A stretch of 53,716 nucleotides of DNA, the filler included, from Porpidia crustulata (Eukaryota), in assembly GCA_964255105.1 (NCBI GenBank). It is 4 parts of 4 records of this genome, joined end to end, with 100 filler letters (N's around TTAATTAATTAA, not from the genome) between each part and the next. Parts side by side here need not be neighbours in the genome. Positions count along the whole stretch, not along the records: positions 26,964 to 40,327 come from CAXUWE010000447.1; 3 more parts are not named here. One strand, written 5' to 3'. The notes beneath the pieces were generated by a model. It saw only the letters and a list, made by a program, of their open reading frames with translations, was not told the origin of the DNA and did no database searches. Both the position numbers and the translations under genes were made by a program. Shown here one piece after another: positions 26,963 to 38,750 of the stretch (the first letter of the stretch is position 1; each line of letters begins with the position of its first letter).

Positions 26963-27687
26963 NCCCCCAAACTTCACGCCTCAAACCAATCCCAACCATT
27001 CTTCCAAAAAACCTTACAATTACTGACTCACACACAGCCTTCCGGAACCCGACACTACAACCGGTAAAAACTCAAAACCAAACCGCGATGGAAAATCGCA
27101 CAAAAACCCGACACATCACCAAAAATCTCCCACGTCCCGGAAGCCTCGATAGATCGGACACAAAACCCCGAAACAGAGCCACGAGCTACTTGAACGTTCG
27201 CGACACACGTGTACAACTGTACGAGCAATCGTCCGTGTTTCTTTTTTTTTTCTTTTTTTTTTCTTTCTTCTTCTCTCTACAAGAANNNNNNNNNNAATTT
27301 TCCTTTACCGGGAGCGGATTGAGTGGATGGATGAGACGATAGGCGAAGGATGGGGATTGATGGATTCGGGGTTTTTCATCGATGGCTAGAGTTCTACCTT
27401 TTGAAAAGATGGTGATGGATTTCATCCTGCCGGAGCGGTCGAAGAATGCAGCCGAAATGGTGGGATAAAGGATATCGGTGCGGCGGCTGTCATGTGGCTG
27501 TAAGACGTGGACGGATTTGAATTTTGTATCATCTACGACCTCAGAAGCATGATTCAACGCTTGGCTTGCAAGCCAGATGCCGCGAAACGGCCGCGAATCA
27601 AGTCGCTTTTCACGTTCCAGAACCGGGATCATCCAATCGTAACCAGTCATGAAATCGTAACGCATCGGCCCCCCCCACATCCCAGAT

Positions 27688-30600
27688 CTAGATATAAAAC
27701 ATCGTGTTCCTCAAATTCGGATGAACCAGCACATCCTCCGCCTTCGCCTCCCCTGACGCCCCCTCTCCCGCCACACTCTGGGCAGGCGTCGCCATATCAA
27801 ACAGCCCACTCAGGTAACACCGCGCTCTCTCGCATATGATATCTGCATAGTATGCCGGCGGGCAAATACTGACCGCCTTGGTCGCGCGCCCGAACAAGTA
27901 GCACATGCTGTGTGTCAGGTCCTCGAGCACATCCGCGGCGTTTTGATGCGGCGGAGCAACCTTGCGCTTGGAAAAAATCTCATCCAGCACGATGTAGTAG
28001 TGGGCCGGGCGCGCCGTGCCTTGAATGGCGGTGTGGGCTTGCATGAAGAAATCCCAATTACGGGGCTCGGTGACGCCACGGTCGACACAGGTGCCGTTTT
28101 TGGGATTGCCCGAGCGATCGGCGTCGGCCTCCTTTGTGGGATAAAAGCGCGTGTGATGGCGCTTGCCTACGACAATGATGGTGATTTTTGGAAGCCCCAT
28201 CTTTGTATCGGTGGCAGGATATACATCTTCACAGGCTTTGCGAATCTTGGGAAGCTCGGTGTCGGTGACGATGTTATATTGCCCTTCGGAGACACCATCC
28301 CGATAGATGAGGAGGTTTTCGGGGAGGGAAGCGTGTTTGCCTCGGGTTCTCCAGAGGCTGAGGCGCGAGGCGATCATGCTGTCGAGATCGGTAACCATTT
28401 CCTTCCGGGCCTCTTGGATGCGCAGGTCGGCAGGCCATTGGCCGAGCCAGCGGTCGACGCTGGCTACGACAGCAGCCACGCTGGGCGCGTTTGATGCGGA
28501 TCCTGGAGATGGGTGTGTCACGTCGATACCGATCACCATGGTTTTATCTTCATTGATGATGCCCAAATTTGTAGTGTGGACTTGTTGATTGATGCCGCCA
28601 AGCTTCAGGTTGAATTTGAGAGCGACATTGGCGTTATACTGGTCGCTTCCCTTCACAAATTTCGGACCTACGACGCATATTGTATGGGTACCGAGTTTAA
28701 CATCACCGATGAATTTGATGCGATTGTAAAGTTGCTTATCTTGCCATGGCAGAACGACAAGTAGGAGTCCGAAAGGGTTTTTTAGATTGGCTTCGAGTGT
28801 TGGGTCGTCAGGACCGTTAATTGCGACTTCCTTTCCCCTTAGCGGAGCGGCAACTGTCATACCCACATCTTGCAGTGCTTTGTGGAATTTGACCATAGCG
28901 GGCTGTAAACTGGCCAAATTGTATTCGTTCGAGCCGCCCATCGAAATAATTAGATACGACCACTGGGCTAAGTTCGCTGCAGAGTTGAGCTTGTAGTTCT
29001 CCATGTTCCAGCTCCCAAATCTGACACTAGCCTGTACCTCCTTCTTGTACCGGACGGATGGGATTGGTAGGACGCGCCCGGGGACTGTGATCAGATTTGG
29101 AGGAATAGAAACACCGAATCGACCCAGAGTGGCATTAGCTTGTGGCAGAAGACCCACCGTCCTGGGACCGTTCGTGGTAATGGAGCCAGCATTGTCCCAA
29201 GGCTTACGAACAGCAAATCGAATCATCTGCTGCGTCTGATTTGGACTGAGTTTCGAATTTGAGTTCTGTCCAGGCATAACAACACAGACCTCTGCCGGTA
29301 GGTAGCTCGGGTTTTCACGATTGCCAACGTTAACAACGGGTATGTTGGGGTTCGCTATCACCCTGTTATGGACTACCTGCAGTATAAGCGGATCATAAAG
29401 CGAAGAAATGAGTGAAATTTCAGAAGTACGTACCGGTTTTAAAGAAATCGTAAACGCTTATGTATCTACCCTGGGAAGCACTTGAACCTGGTTGAGTCGG
29501 TTTATCTTCAGATGGCCCCCCTTTCTTGCCTTTACCCTTCTTACCACTAGATTTACTTGATTGATCCGTCGCCGCACCACGCGCCGCAGCTGAGCTTCCA
29601 GGCGCTGGGGCAGAGTCACTCAGGAAGAACTCTACTTCTTTCACATTTGCACCATGCTTTTGTACCCGCGGTGGATGATCTAGACCATGGCCATCGTTCT
29701 TGGTAGCTAGTCCGAATATAGTTTTAACTTTCGGGACAACCTGGCCCGCTCTATTTATCTTCTCCTTCAAATGGGTTGTCCGGACCCGGACTCTTTTGAT
29801 GAAGGACTCCACCTTGAACAGGTTAAATTGTTGTTCCCGGCCGTACCTCTCAATCAATTGGTTCAAAGGAACTGGATCATAGAAGGCTCCGTGACTAACG
29901 TTGATGTTTACCAAAATCCGGCAGGCCGCGACTCGTATGCTTGAGAAAAATCCTCTGAGAGCAATGAGACCTGCTCCAAGATCACCTCTATCGGAGCCTT
30001 GACCCAAAGCAAAGGCTTTACTACTTCCAATGGTGGCAATCGCAGTAGACGACTTCGCGTAGTGACCTATCAGTATATTTAGAGCCTGAACGATCGGAAG
30101 CTTGTTTGAAGAAACTGCGTTCACGTTGGTAGAGGTCAAAAACTCCATGAGCTCGGCAACAGTGAGGGTACCCGTGTCGCTAACGTGTACCGTGTAGCTC
30201 GATGCATTTTCTCGCGGCTCATCTTCCCCTTCGGCTCGGTATGGAATCACAGTTTCCACCTCGCCACTACTGAGCTTCCGTCGGGAGATCAAGGTGGATT
30301 TGAAGTCGGTAACTATATCATCCCGCACTTTCACATATCCAGGGGCTTCCAACAGCAGTCTTATGATCTGATTTAGTTTTCTACCGGTCGCAGCTGGTGA
30401 CACGTTAATGTGATAGCGATAGAGCACGAGGTCAGGTGCCGGCAAGAGCTCGAAATAATTTGTCCACAGTACAACTTTCTGCCCTCTCGTCCCGTAACCT
30501 GGCCGGCGAGGAAAACCATCACTGAGTCCCAATTGGGCAATGTTTAGTGGGCCGCCGGTTGAGATATTCTTCTGGTACAAATCCTCTACCCTTGTAGCCT

Positions 30601-30790
30601 CGGCACTGGGAGTGGGAATGTGGTGATCTGGGGGTCTTGAATGACAGTTTAGTCACGGAGCTTCTGCCAAGATCCAACCGAGCACTGACGAATATATTTG
30701 CACAGTCCCTCCACCACGTCCTCCGCCTCGCCCCCCTCGAAAGCCTCCACGGTCGCCACGACCACGACCACCTCGTTCTCGTCCTGCCAT
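27688..30790 (-). CDS. Argonaute, QDE-2-like (N, PAZ, MID, PIWI) with an N-terminal RGG box
   Basis: Exons 30790-30690, 30635-29434 and 29372-27688. Starts MAGRERGGRGRGDRGG. Motifs RPGYGTRG, NYFEL, YLPAEVC, NVALKFNLKLGG, GIDVTHP, YRDGVSEGQ, KRHHTRFYP, GTARPAHY and PPAYYAD; ends in MFYI. Confidence 0.96.
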
Positions 30791-31499
30791 TGCACGTAGT
30801 AGAAACGCGAGGAAGAATGTTTTTTTGAATGGAACAAAATAGGTTGTATGTTTGAAGGATGATGATGGTTATATAAATGCTCCGAAAGCAGTTGTTGGCG
30901 ATGTTTGTCATGCGTGGGGTGGTGGGCACGGTGGGGTAGTTCTACGTGGTCGTAACAAACTAGAAATGAATAAAGACAACACATCACAGGGGGTGTCATA
31001 AGTCATTGTAGTATCTGAGCGAGACTCTGCACCAAACGTTTACAGTGACTTATGGCACCACCTGTGCATTTATGGATGTTTGAACTCTACCCTAAATCTA
31101 ATCTTATCTTTTCTAACATGACTCGGTGATTGCCCCGGGAATAAATCTCACCTAGGATCAATTCCCATTAAGGAGGTTTCTCAAGTCACTTCTAGGAATA
31201 TAGATACCCCTAGAATTATCCTCCAAGAATTATTATTATGTTCAAAATTAGTCCCTTCCAAATCTGAAACGTATCGGAATTCTTGTTTCAAAAGTATTCT
31301 ATTTTCGATTGACTATCTACCTTAATCAACTCTGGATTTTCTTCTTCTTCTCTTTCTTTAATAAGCAATTGTTACGATCAAACCTTCCCCAGCATCGTCA
31401 AAGGGGCTCAGTGATAGTGCTAACCCTACCTATTCAACATCACCACCCCTATTCCTTTCTTCCTTCTTGCATTGGTATCTTCGTTGATAAAGTAGCTAG

Positions 31500-33299
31500 C
31501 TGGCCAATTTACTTGCCGATGCTAGGCGGGGCGTCCCTGGCAGTTCAAATTTCTGCAGCTCTATGGGCTAGTCTTCGAAGGGAACTATCAACCCTAGTAA
31601 ACCAGGGATCCTGATCTCAACATAGTCATACTTGGCAAGTTCATACCCGACTGACTGGGTACATCATCGCACAATAAGATCTGAACAACAGGCGTTGGAA
31701 CCTCGAGTTGAGCATTGCGGTAACGCAAGCAAGAGCAAGCAAAAGCAGGGAAATGCTGTAGAGCGCTCGAAAGCAGGGGATCACATGGAGCACTCGTACG
31801 TTATACTCGGCCAGGTAGAGCCCCACATTAGAATTACGATTTCCAAGTAGTCCAGTTGGTTTCCGAGGACGTTACTGCGGGGACTGTGGTTAGCGAAGGC
31901 GTGGGAAGGTGGATGAAGGGAGGAAGCATATGCTTACGCTTGTGAGGAAGGCGGTTAAGACGATAGCGCCTGAAGCTTGAAAAGGAGGGAGAAAGGTGAT
32001 GTGATAGGTATCATGTGAAAAGCTTGGGGAGAAGAGCAACAGCGCCAAGAAAAAGCGGGACTGAGGCCTCCATGGGGTTCGTCGCAAATGGTGAAAGCGC
32101 TCTTTGAAGGGTTGATGGAACGATCCACTCGGCTGGTCGGTAGCCATTCATCTAAGATGATTTCATCATCGCGTTGCCAGTCTAACCTCTAGCTCCCTTC
32201 AAGAAAATTTCAACGAACAGGCCGCCCTGATCGTAGTTTGGTTTCCAACGTCTTCTTCATGGGCTGAAGCGAATTCAACCAAGCCGTTGACATCAGGATC
32301 ATCATCGATGGGGCTTGTAGGTTAGGCATCTCCCGCGATACTGAGGCAGACGAAATGGTTTGGTTTATCAGAGATGAACGGCGCCAACGGCAAGCCTTGG
32401 GACGGTCAAAACTTTGGGGAGGGGGCCAATAAGCCGATGTCTTATAAAAATAAATGTTTAGTATATTCTTGACTTCAATCAACAACTGGAAGTACAGAGT
32501 ACTCTGTACACATTCACCATGGCAAATGAACTTTCTTCAGATCGATTATTCTGAATTTTAAGTCGAAGAATGTCTGAGGTTGCTTGGGCCTGGAGAGTCT
32601 GAATGGCTGAGGGGCTGTGTATCGAGTTCGCAAAAATCAGCGGCGTATCATAGTCCCACGCGGCGCATATCATTTCAAATCCACGATGAGTAATGGGTGA
32701 TCACACGTTGGGCATCCGGCTCAAAACGCTCGTTCCATGGACCAAATCAAATCGAGTTGAAGTCAGCATCTAATCTACCTGTTTTCGGATCTTTCCTCGA
32801 ACATTTTTGGATCCATGTAGATAGTCAAATCGACCCGCCATTCCCATTGCCCGTGTATCCTCATTCTAAAAATCATCATGTCCAAATGAGACAAAGTACT
32901 ACTCATTGCACGAATAATTCAATTAATTCTCTGACGAGCATTGCCCGCATCACGATTTAGATCATTGTATAACCATCCATATATCTCAGGAGTTGAGCCT
33001 ACTACTCCACCGCTTTTCGAGACCCGGCTTTCCAATCTAAAGCGTTCACTCGCCATCCAGGTATTCATCAACAGCATCAATCCCGTAAACGTGTTTTAGT
33101 CTTTGGTGCAAGCCCCGTACGTATTCCACAAACCTCCAACGATTAAATCGAAATTTGATCGAGCGTTTTCTCCATCTACATGAGACATCGATAGGCCCGC
33201 CGTTACAAGACGCTTGATTCTTGGATGTGTGGGCTCTTGCCTGTCATGACTTGGGGCTTTGAAAGATATCAAATTTCTCAGTGTCGGATTGGATTCCAT
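31500..33299 (-). pseudogene. Heavily decayed coding-like sequence, family not identified
   Basis: ATG at 33299, followed by a chain of short protein-like minus-strand fragments in alternating frames (e.g. AWDYDTPLIFANSIH, RDDEIILDEWL, VGYELAKYDYVEIRIPG). Boundaries are approximate. Confidence 0.3.
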
Positions 33300-33929
33300 G
33301 GTAGCTGCAGAAGTCGTTCTGTGTTGGCTACGGTACGAGATAGAAGTTTGGTGATCTTATGATCTTGGCGGAGCTATTGGCCTATTGACTTGCGTGGATT
33401 GTGTCCGGCCGGATATTACAAGGTTTTATAATCATGAGCGTGCTGTGAGACGAAGGACGGTTCTGGGGATTAAGACGTGACCATTAGATGGAAATAATCC
33501 ATCTAACAGGACAAGCGTAGTCTGTATGTAGAATTTTCCAAGCCTTCCATGTTCTCATATTCTCTAGTTCAGAATCTATATCTTTCCTCGCTGTTTTGGC
33601 GATCAAAGTTCTGAAGTGGATTTCTAGTTGACAACAGTTCACTGATAGTTTCAGGGAAGGGTAGAAAGGTCAGAGCAGCCTCTTTCGGCTTCATGCCTAG
33701 TTCCGGTTGTTCAGGAAATAGAGATCTTTGCTGTTGTTTCGGCTTTATTCTCCCCTTTTGTCTCCTCGGATTTTCGTTTGCTTGAAAGCGAAGCGAAAGC
33801 TCGGCTGGTGGGGTTTAGAATCTTCTTATTAGACTTCTTTTCCTCCTTCGGTATCTTAGGAACCTTCTTCTGGGAGGATTTGAAGTCTGACGTATTCGGG
33901 GGCCTCAACTCCCCCCAGCGGTGTCATCA

Positions 33930-35163
33930 GTGATTCGTTTCTTTTTCCTTCCTCCTCGCGGAGGTGCTGTTTCCTCCATTCGGAAAGAGAGAAGACATTC
34001 TCCAGTCTCACTCTTTCCACCTATTCCCAAATGGCATTGGTATCAGTTCACCGTAATTCTCTCCAACCATCGCTGCTTGGACTCGACAGATCGAACCCTC
34101 AGTGATAGGGTCATGGTCGTATCCATGCTTCTCAGCCGCTTCGATGAGCGCGTCTGCCCAGGTGTCAGGGTCATGCCTGGCGCTCCCGTCTACTGCTCTG
34201 ATAGGAGCAGGTGGGTTAATACTACGATCCAAAGCGCAATCCTGAACACTCTTAGGATAAGCGATGATCTCTCTTTCTTCGAGGTCAAGAATAAACCGTA
34301 CGGCAATCGCCAGAGTGGTTCATACGATGTCGATCATGGGTTGGCCATCCACATCTGACCGCTCTAAGGGGAAGGGAGTCGGCCCGAAGACTGTCGAATG
34401 AGATTGGCGCACTTAGACTGTCTTCCAAACCAGTACGCACAGTCAGCACGGTTTGCTGCTGCGCTGCATCTTGGAGACTAAAGAGATCGTCCATGTCGCT
34501 TCGAAAATCTATCTCATAACGATCAATCAGGAGTGCTATTGCCTTGTACAAAGGGTGGATATCATATCTCCACACCTCCGCTCCGAGAGGTCTGAACGCC
34601 GACTCGTTTTCCGGCTCTAACTTGGCTATCAAATCACATGCCCGCATGCATAGGGAGTGATGCGCTTTGAGAACGCCACGAATGGTCGAGGGTCCATTTG
34701 ATGTGATTCGTATAGGGTTGGCAATGTAGTGCCCAAATTCAATGTTTGGTTTGGAATCATAGTACTGAGACCATTCTCGGTAGATCGTTGCAAAAACAAT
34801 TCTGGGCATTAATTTTCTTTCTCCCGATCCACCAATCTATTGAGAAGTTTGCAGCCAATAAAATGCAGTAATTTTGTTGCAAAACATGTAGAGTTGCCTT
34901 GGGGTCACCGCGCCATTTTCATCGTTGAGCAGCAGTAATTTTTCATCACAAGTCCCCCAAATCGTTTTCACTCATCAGCGAAATTTTTCGAGCCTTGAAA
35001 GATACCAGTCCTTTCGGAGATCGGCCCGGATTAGCTCTCGGAGCTCTTCCGATATCGGTTCGAGCGTGACAGCGTCACTCCAGTAAACCTGAGCCTCTCG
35101 GTCAGAACGCCTGAAAATTGTTGGCCGACCATCGTTTTGGTGAAGATCGTAGGATAGTGACAT
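33930..35163 (-). pseudogene. Disrupted fungal hypothetical protein
   Basis: Collinear fragments 35163-34975, 34809-~34360 and ~34340-34008 read as one protein (YDIHPLYKAIALLID, VLTVRTG...LSAPISFDSL, LAIAVRFILDLEERE). It is broken by several stops and at least one frameshift. Confidence 0.65.
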
Positions 35164-35897
35164 AGCGGAGGGTCAGCTAAGTGATCAAAACTAAGCTTTC
35201 CGATTCAGATCGTGCTCTCGCTCGATGTCCTGGAGTTTGGGTTGTCTTTAATGTCGGATGCGGACTGTAAAGTGCCGGTAAACACTTGCAAATTGTAGAG
35301 GGCGTCTGAGGAACAGAACTTGAAGCATATCAGGCGGCAAATTTCTGAGAGAAATCCCAGTAAGAAAATTGTCAATCGTCTTTACTAGTAAAAGTGTAAA
35401 AATGGGCAAAGCCAGAACCGTCCTTTTGCAGACGTAGACCGCGTCAAACGTTTAAACCCGACAGTTTTGTGGGTTCTTTACAGTGCAAAGCTAGCTTCGT
35501 GCAAGATGAAAGGAGGGCTACAAAGCTCAAGGCCACAGCTTTCGTATCGAAAACTTGCAACGTGACATAGATTGATTTTTTGGACGCTGAGCAACAAGAT
35601 CCAAAGCTTTCGGTGTGGATTGAACCTTATACAACGAACAGTTGGGTATCTTCTAATACTGAAGCAAGGCAGAAAATCAGTTCATACGGACGGACAGAAC
35701 CACAGACTGGATGTTTGAAGTGGAGAGCTTTTTAAGTTGAAAGCAAATCCTTTTAATACTTCTTTCGTAGGAGCGGAGCTGACTCTGAGTCACAAGAAAG
35801 GCTTTGGAGCATTCACTGGTAGACTAGACCAGGATCGAGTTTTTTAAGCAACATTCGGACTAGTCAAAAGCGTATATGGGATTCCGCGTAGTACCAG

Positions 35898-36207
35898 TCA
35901 GGAATAACCGACACTAGAATGCCGAGACAATTGGCCGCGAAAGTCCTTTGGTCAAGGTGGAATAGTGAGTGCTTGATATTCCGAAGGTCTTGCTCGGATG
36001 TGTCGTTGCGATTCTCGGTTGCGATCGGGGTCCGTCGAGTTGCGCGGATTCTATTCTCACCGTAGACCGTGTGAATACCATCGTGACATCAACGGAGATG
36101 TTGAGCCTTGTTGAGGGGAGTAATCAGGAATAAAGGACACTACAAAGCCGAGACAATTGATCGCGGAAGCTTTTTGGTCAAGGTGGAACAGTGAGTGCCT
36201 GACTTCC
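35898..36207 (+). repeat. Imperfect ~84-bp direct repeat, two copies (35898-35982 and 36124-36207)
   Basis: Shared blocks TCAGGAATAA, GACACTA, GCCGAGACAATTG, TTTGGTCAAGGTGGAA and AGTGAGTGC.TGA. Confidence 0.85.
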
Positions 36208-37130
36208 TGTACCAAGTGTGGACAGAGGAGAATCACCAATTTTTATTGCGATATGCTGGTATTAGTGGAGAACAATAACGTAGGCAGCAGGCTCCGGCCC
36301 AATGTATGGAAGGTTTGAGTGAATTTGAGAAAAATACCTGTGGTTTTCAACAATCAAGGCTAATCGACTAAGGCTAGCCAAACAGGGTCGGAAATTCCCT
36401 GTATTGTCAATAGGGATCGCAAATGTCGTGTGCTTTGGCCTGACATAACTGAAGTTTTAGAAATATCACTCTTTGGTTTTGCCTTTGTCTTGATGACTTT
36501 TGATTCCCTGTTTTCCAAGGTTTGAAGAAGAGAAAAAGTGTATTGAGGGTAAGGAAAATCGTGTGGAGCATTGCTGCCAAAAATGACACGACACTTTCCG
36601 AATTTTGCAAAGACTATTTGTTGTTCTTGTTTGATGTACCGCCCTGCTTTGCTACCATTCTGATGAAAAATGGTATCCAGAGGCACCACGTGGAGGTGCA
36701 GGGTCGGATTTTTGTCTCCGAGACGGTGGTGAGTGGTAGTGTGACCTCTACCCCTACACACCCGGGGAACAAATCTGTCCTCAAGCTGCTTCGCGTGGGT
36801 TTACCGCTAACCCCCCGGTTTGTTATAAGCCAGCGTACGTCCAGAGGACCGCCTTCGCCTTACACGGTTTTTGGCTTCACAGCTCTCGAGATTGATCCGG
36901 TGGTAGGATGCTCACCGGCACCAGAGACGGGGTCCATCTCCCGCTCCGATACCATTAAGCAGTAGGGAATGCTGTGACCGGCAACCCTACTATTGAGAAT
37001 GGGATAGGATAGGTATTTGGGATGGTGGCTGTCGTTTCTCCGAGAGCAGGATAATGAAGCTTCTAGCTTCCGCCTCGTTCAGCTTCAGCTTTGGCTCCTT
37101 GTCATCATCGTTGTCACCAACCAGGATGAT

Positions 37131-37328
37131 CTTCTCCACGGTTCGATATTCGATGTGGCTCTTATGATCCAAGAGCATTCTCATGGCAGTCTTGCCGTTC
37201 ACACTTCCAAGCAATGCGTAGAAACCTAATGACCTTCTCCACGGTTCGATATCCGATGTGGCTCTTGATTCACGAGCAATCTCACGGTGCTCTTGCCATT
37301 CACGCTTCCAAGTAATGCGTAGAAACCT
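37131..37328. repeat. Imperfect tandem duplication of ~97 bp inside a coding sequence
   Basis: 37131-37227 and 37234-37328 both read CTTCTCCACGGTTCGATAT.CGATGTGGCTCTT...CTTCCAAG.AATGCGTAGAAACCT. The 37234 copy is 2 nt shorter. Confidence 0.9.
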
Positions 37329-37812
37329 TCGTCCTGCCCAGTATACTCGATTCGGCCGCGTTCCGGTCCATCTCGTGTATGGCTGGAATGTTTGACGACC
37401 TCCCAGATCACTCTTTGGGTCGATGCATTGACTACGAAACATCAGCGAAGACCCGACACATTAGCACGATGGTGGCGAGCTACCTGATCCCGGCTATACC
37501 ACATGACTTCCAACAGCCAAAGTTTTTTGTCAGCCGCGGTTGTGTCCCAATCCCTAAAATTGGCGGCGGCAATAATACCGCCGTTCTGGCCATCAAAATA
37601 GTTCATGTAGGCGGGCTCGGCCTCCTTGCCTTTCTTCCCCTTTGAATAGATCTTCACAAATCGGAGGCTGCTCACACTGATTCCAGCGCTAGCAAGAGCA
37701 CGCTCGACACTTTCCCGCGCATTCAGCCGCACGACGTCCGAGTCGACGATATAAAATTCCTCAACTTTCGGGAGTGAAGGGGCTCGGTGCAATGAGAGAA
37801 AATCCAACTGCC

Positions 37813-37908
37813 TACTAGTATTTACCCCTCAGTCGGTCACCGTAAACGAAGAAAGATGCTGAGCCCTAACCCTGGGTAAAATGACCGATTGAGGGGTTGG
37901 TATACGTA
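37813..37908 (-). mobile_element. 92-bp TIR element between TA dinucleotides that doubles as a putative GT-AG intron (introner-like MITE)
   Basis: TA at 37813-14 and 37907-08. Inverted core ACCCCTCA[A/G]TCGGTCA near both ends and an internal CAGGGTTAGGGCT. The minus strand reads GTATAC...TCTTTCTTCGTTT...GACTGAG...TACTAG. Removing it restores the host reading frame. Confidence 0.7.
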
Positions 37909-38094
37909 GACAGCTTATGGCCACTCGTACAGGCCGTCAGATACTCATTTGAGGCCACAGGTGAATTCATCTATCTGTGTTTAATTAGAGAGGAAGATCA
38001 AAGATTGTTTTTGGTTTCGATGTAAATTCCCTTGAAAGGCTTTTCTCCTCCGCTCTTTCCTCAAACATCTCTATCGCCTTTTCTCCCGGTTCGA

Positions 38095-38750
38095 CTAAAC
38101 TAGAGTGATCCTTCCTCGACCTCCATCGAAGTCTTCGGAGTCACTCTTGCCGCTTTTCCTTTGTCCCTTGTCTCCTTCCCCCGTTTTGTTAACACCTTTG
38201 AACCACATTCGTGCCCCATAGTTGATGCACAACTCTTCTCCCAGTAAGAGTTCTCTCGCGGCAGTGTACATAATAGTTTCTTCTGCAAGGCAGATAATAT
38301 ACGTTACGCTGAAACGTGACGCAATCTTGACTGAGATAACGCAAAAAGAGCTTTTTGAATTGGTGGGAGCATGGGAGGGATCTAACGCTGGAGAAGGTGG
38401 AATACGCGAAAGTAATAGGAGTTCAATCAAGGCGGAAGGAGAAGTATGATCGAACAGAGAGCCATGTTCCAAAGCCAGAGCTCGAGTTTACTGAGTATAC
38501 TCCAAGGGTTCACACGAATTTTCGCTGGGTGGTGTTCATCGGAGAGGGCAGGTGTTAGCACTATCAAGAAGTCCAGATCTATAGAGATATATATATATAT
38601 ATAATATCGTACTAAATCGAAGAAAGAAGGCCAACAACATGAAAGATATTGGCAAATGCCAAGTCCAAGGAAATTTTTGCTGGTGGAATTGGATATAAAT
38701 AAGACAGTCCAAGGATTTCAGGGAGAAAGGGGTGGACTTCAAACACAAAT
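38095..38750 (-). pseudogene. Degenerate small SET-domain protein (Set7-like)
   Basis: TRALALEHGSLFDHT resembles ALGxGSxFNHS, and YTAARELLLGEELCINYG resembles the SET motif RDIxxGEELxxxY. The upstream part is fragmented, and the conserved NH reads DH. Confidence 0.55.

Larger units (their letters stand above)
36990..37970 (-). pseudogene. Fungal hypothetical protein (FYALLGSVNG...MLLDH type) carrying an element/intron insertion, an internal stop and a tandem duplication
   Basis: ATG 37970 gives MNSPVASNEYLTACTSGHKLS. Removing 37905-37815 joins it in frame to QLDFLSLHRAPSLPKVEEFY. TGA at 37444-37442. Duplicated GFYALLGSVNGK segment. Confidence 0.7.

Noticed and set aside
27186..27680. 164-aa minus-strand ORF just downstream of Argonaute
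   Set aside because: No recognisable motif; it runs through Ns and a homopolymer tract and is probably 3' UTR or intergenic.
36360..36965. Overlapping 133-147-aa ORFs on both strands
   Set aside because: Non-ATG starts and no family motif; may be another relic, but this is not supportable from the sequence alone.
37813..37908. Helitron 3' end (CTAG followed by T)
   Set aside because: No short subterminal hairpin and no 5' TC end. Inverted termini with flanking TA and exact frame restoration fit a TIR element better.
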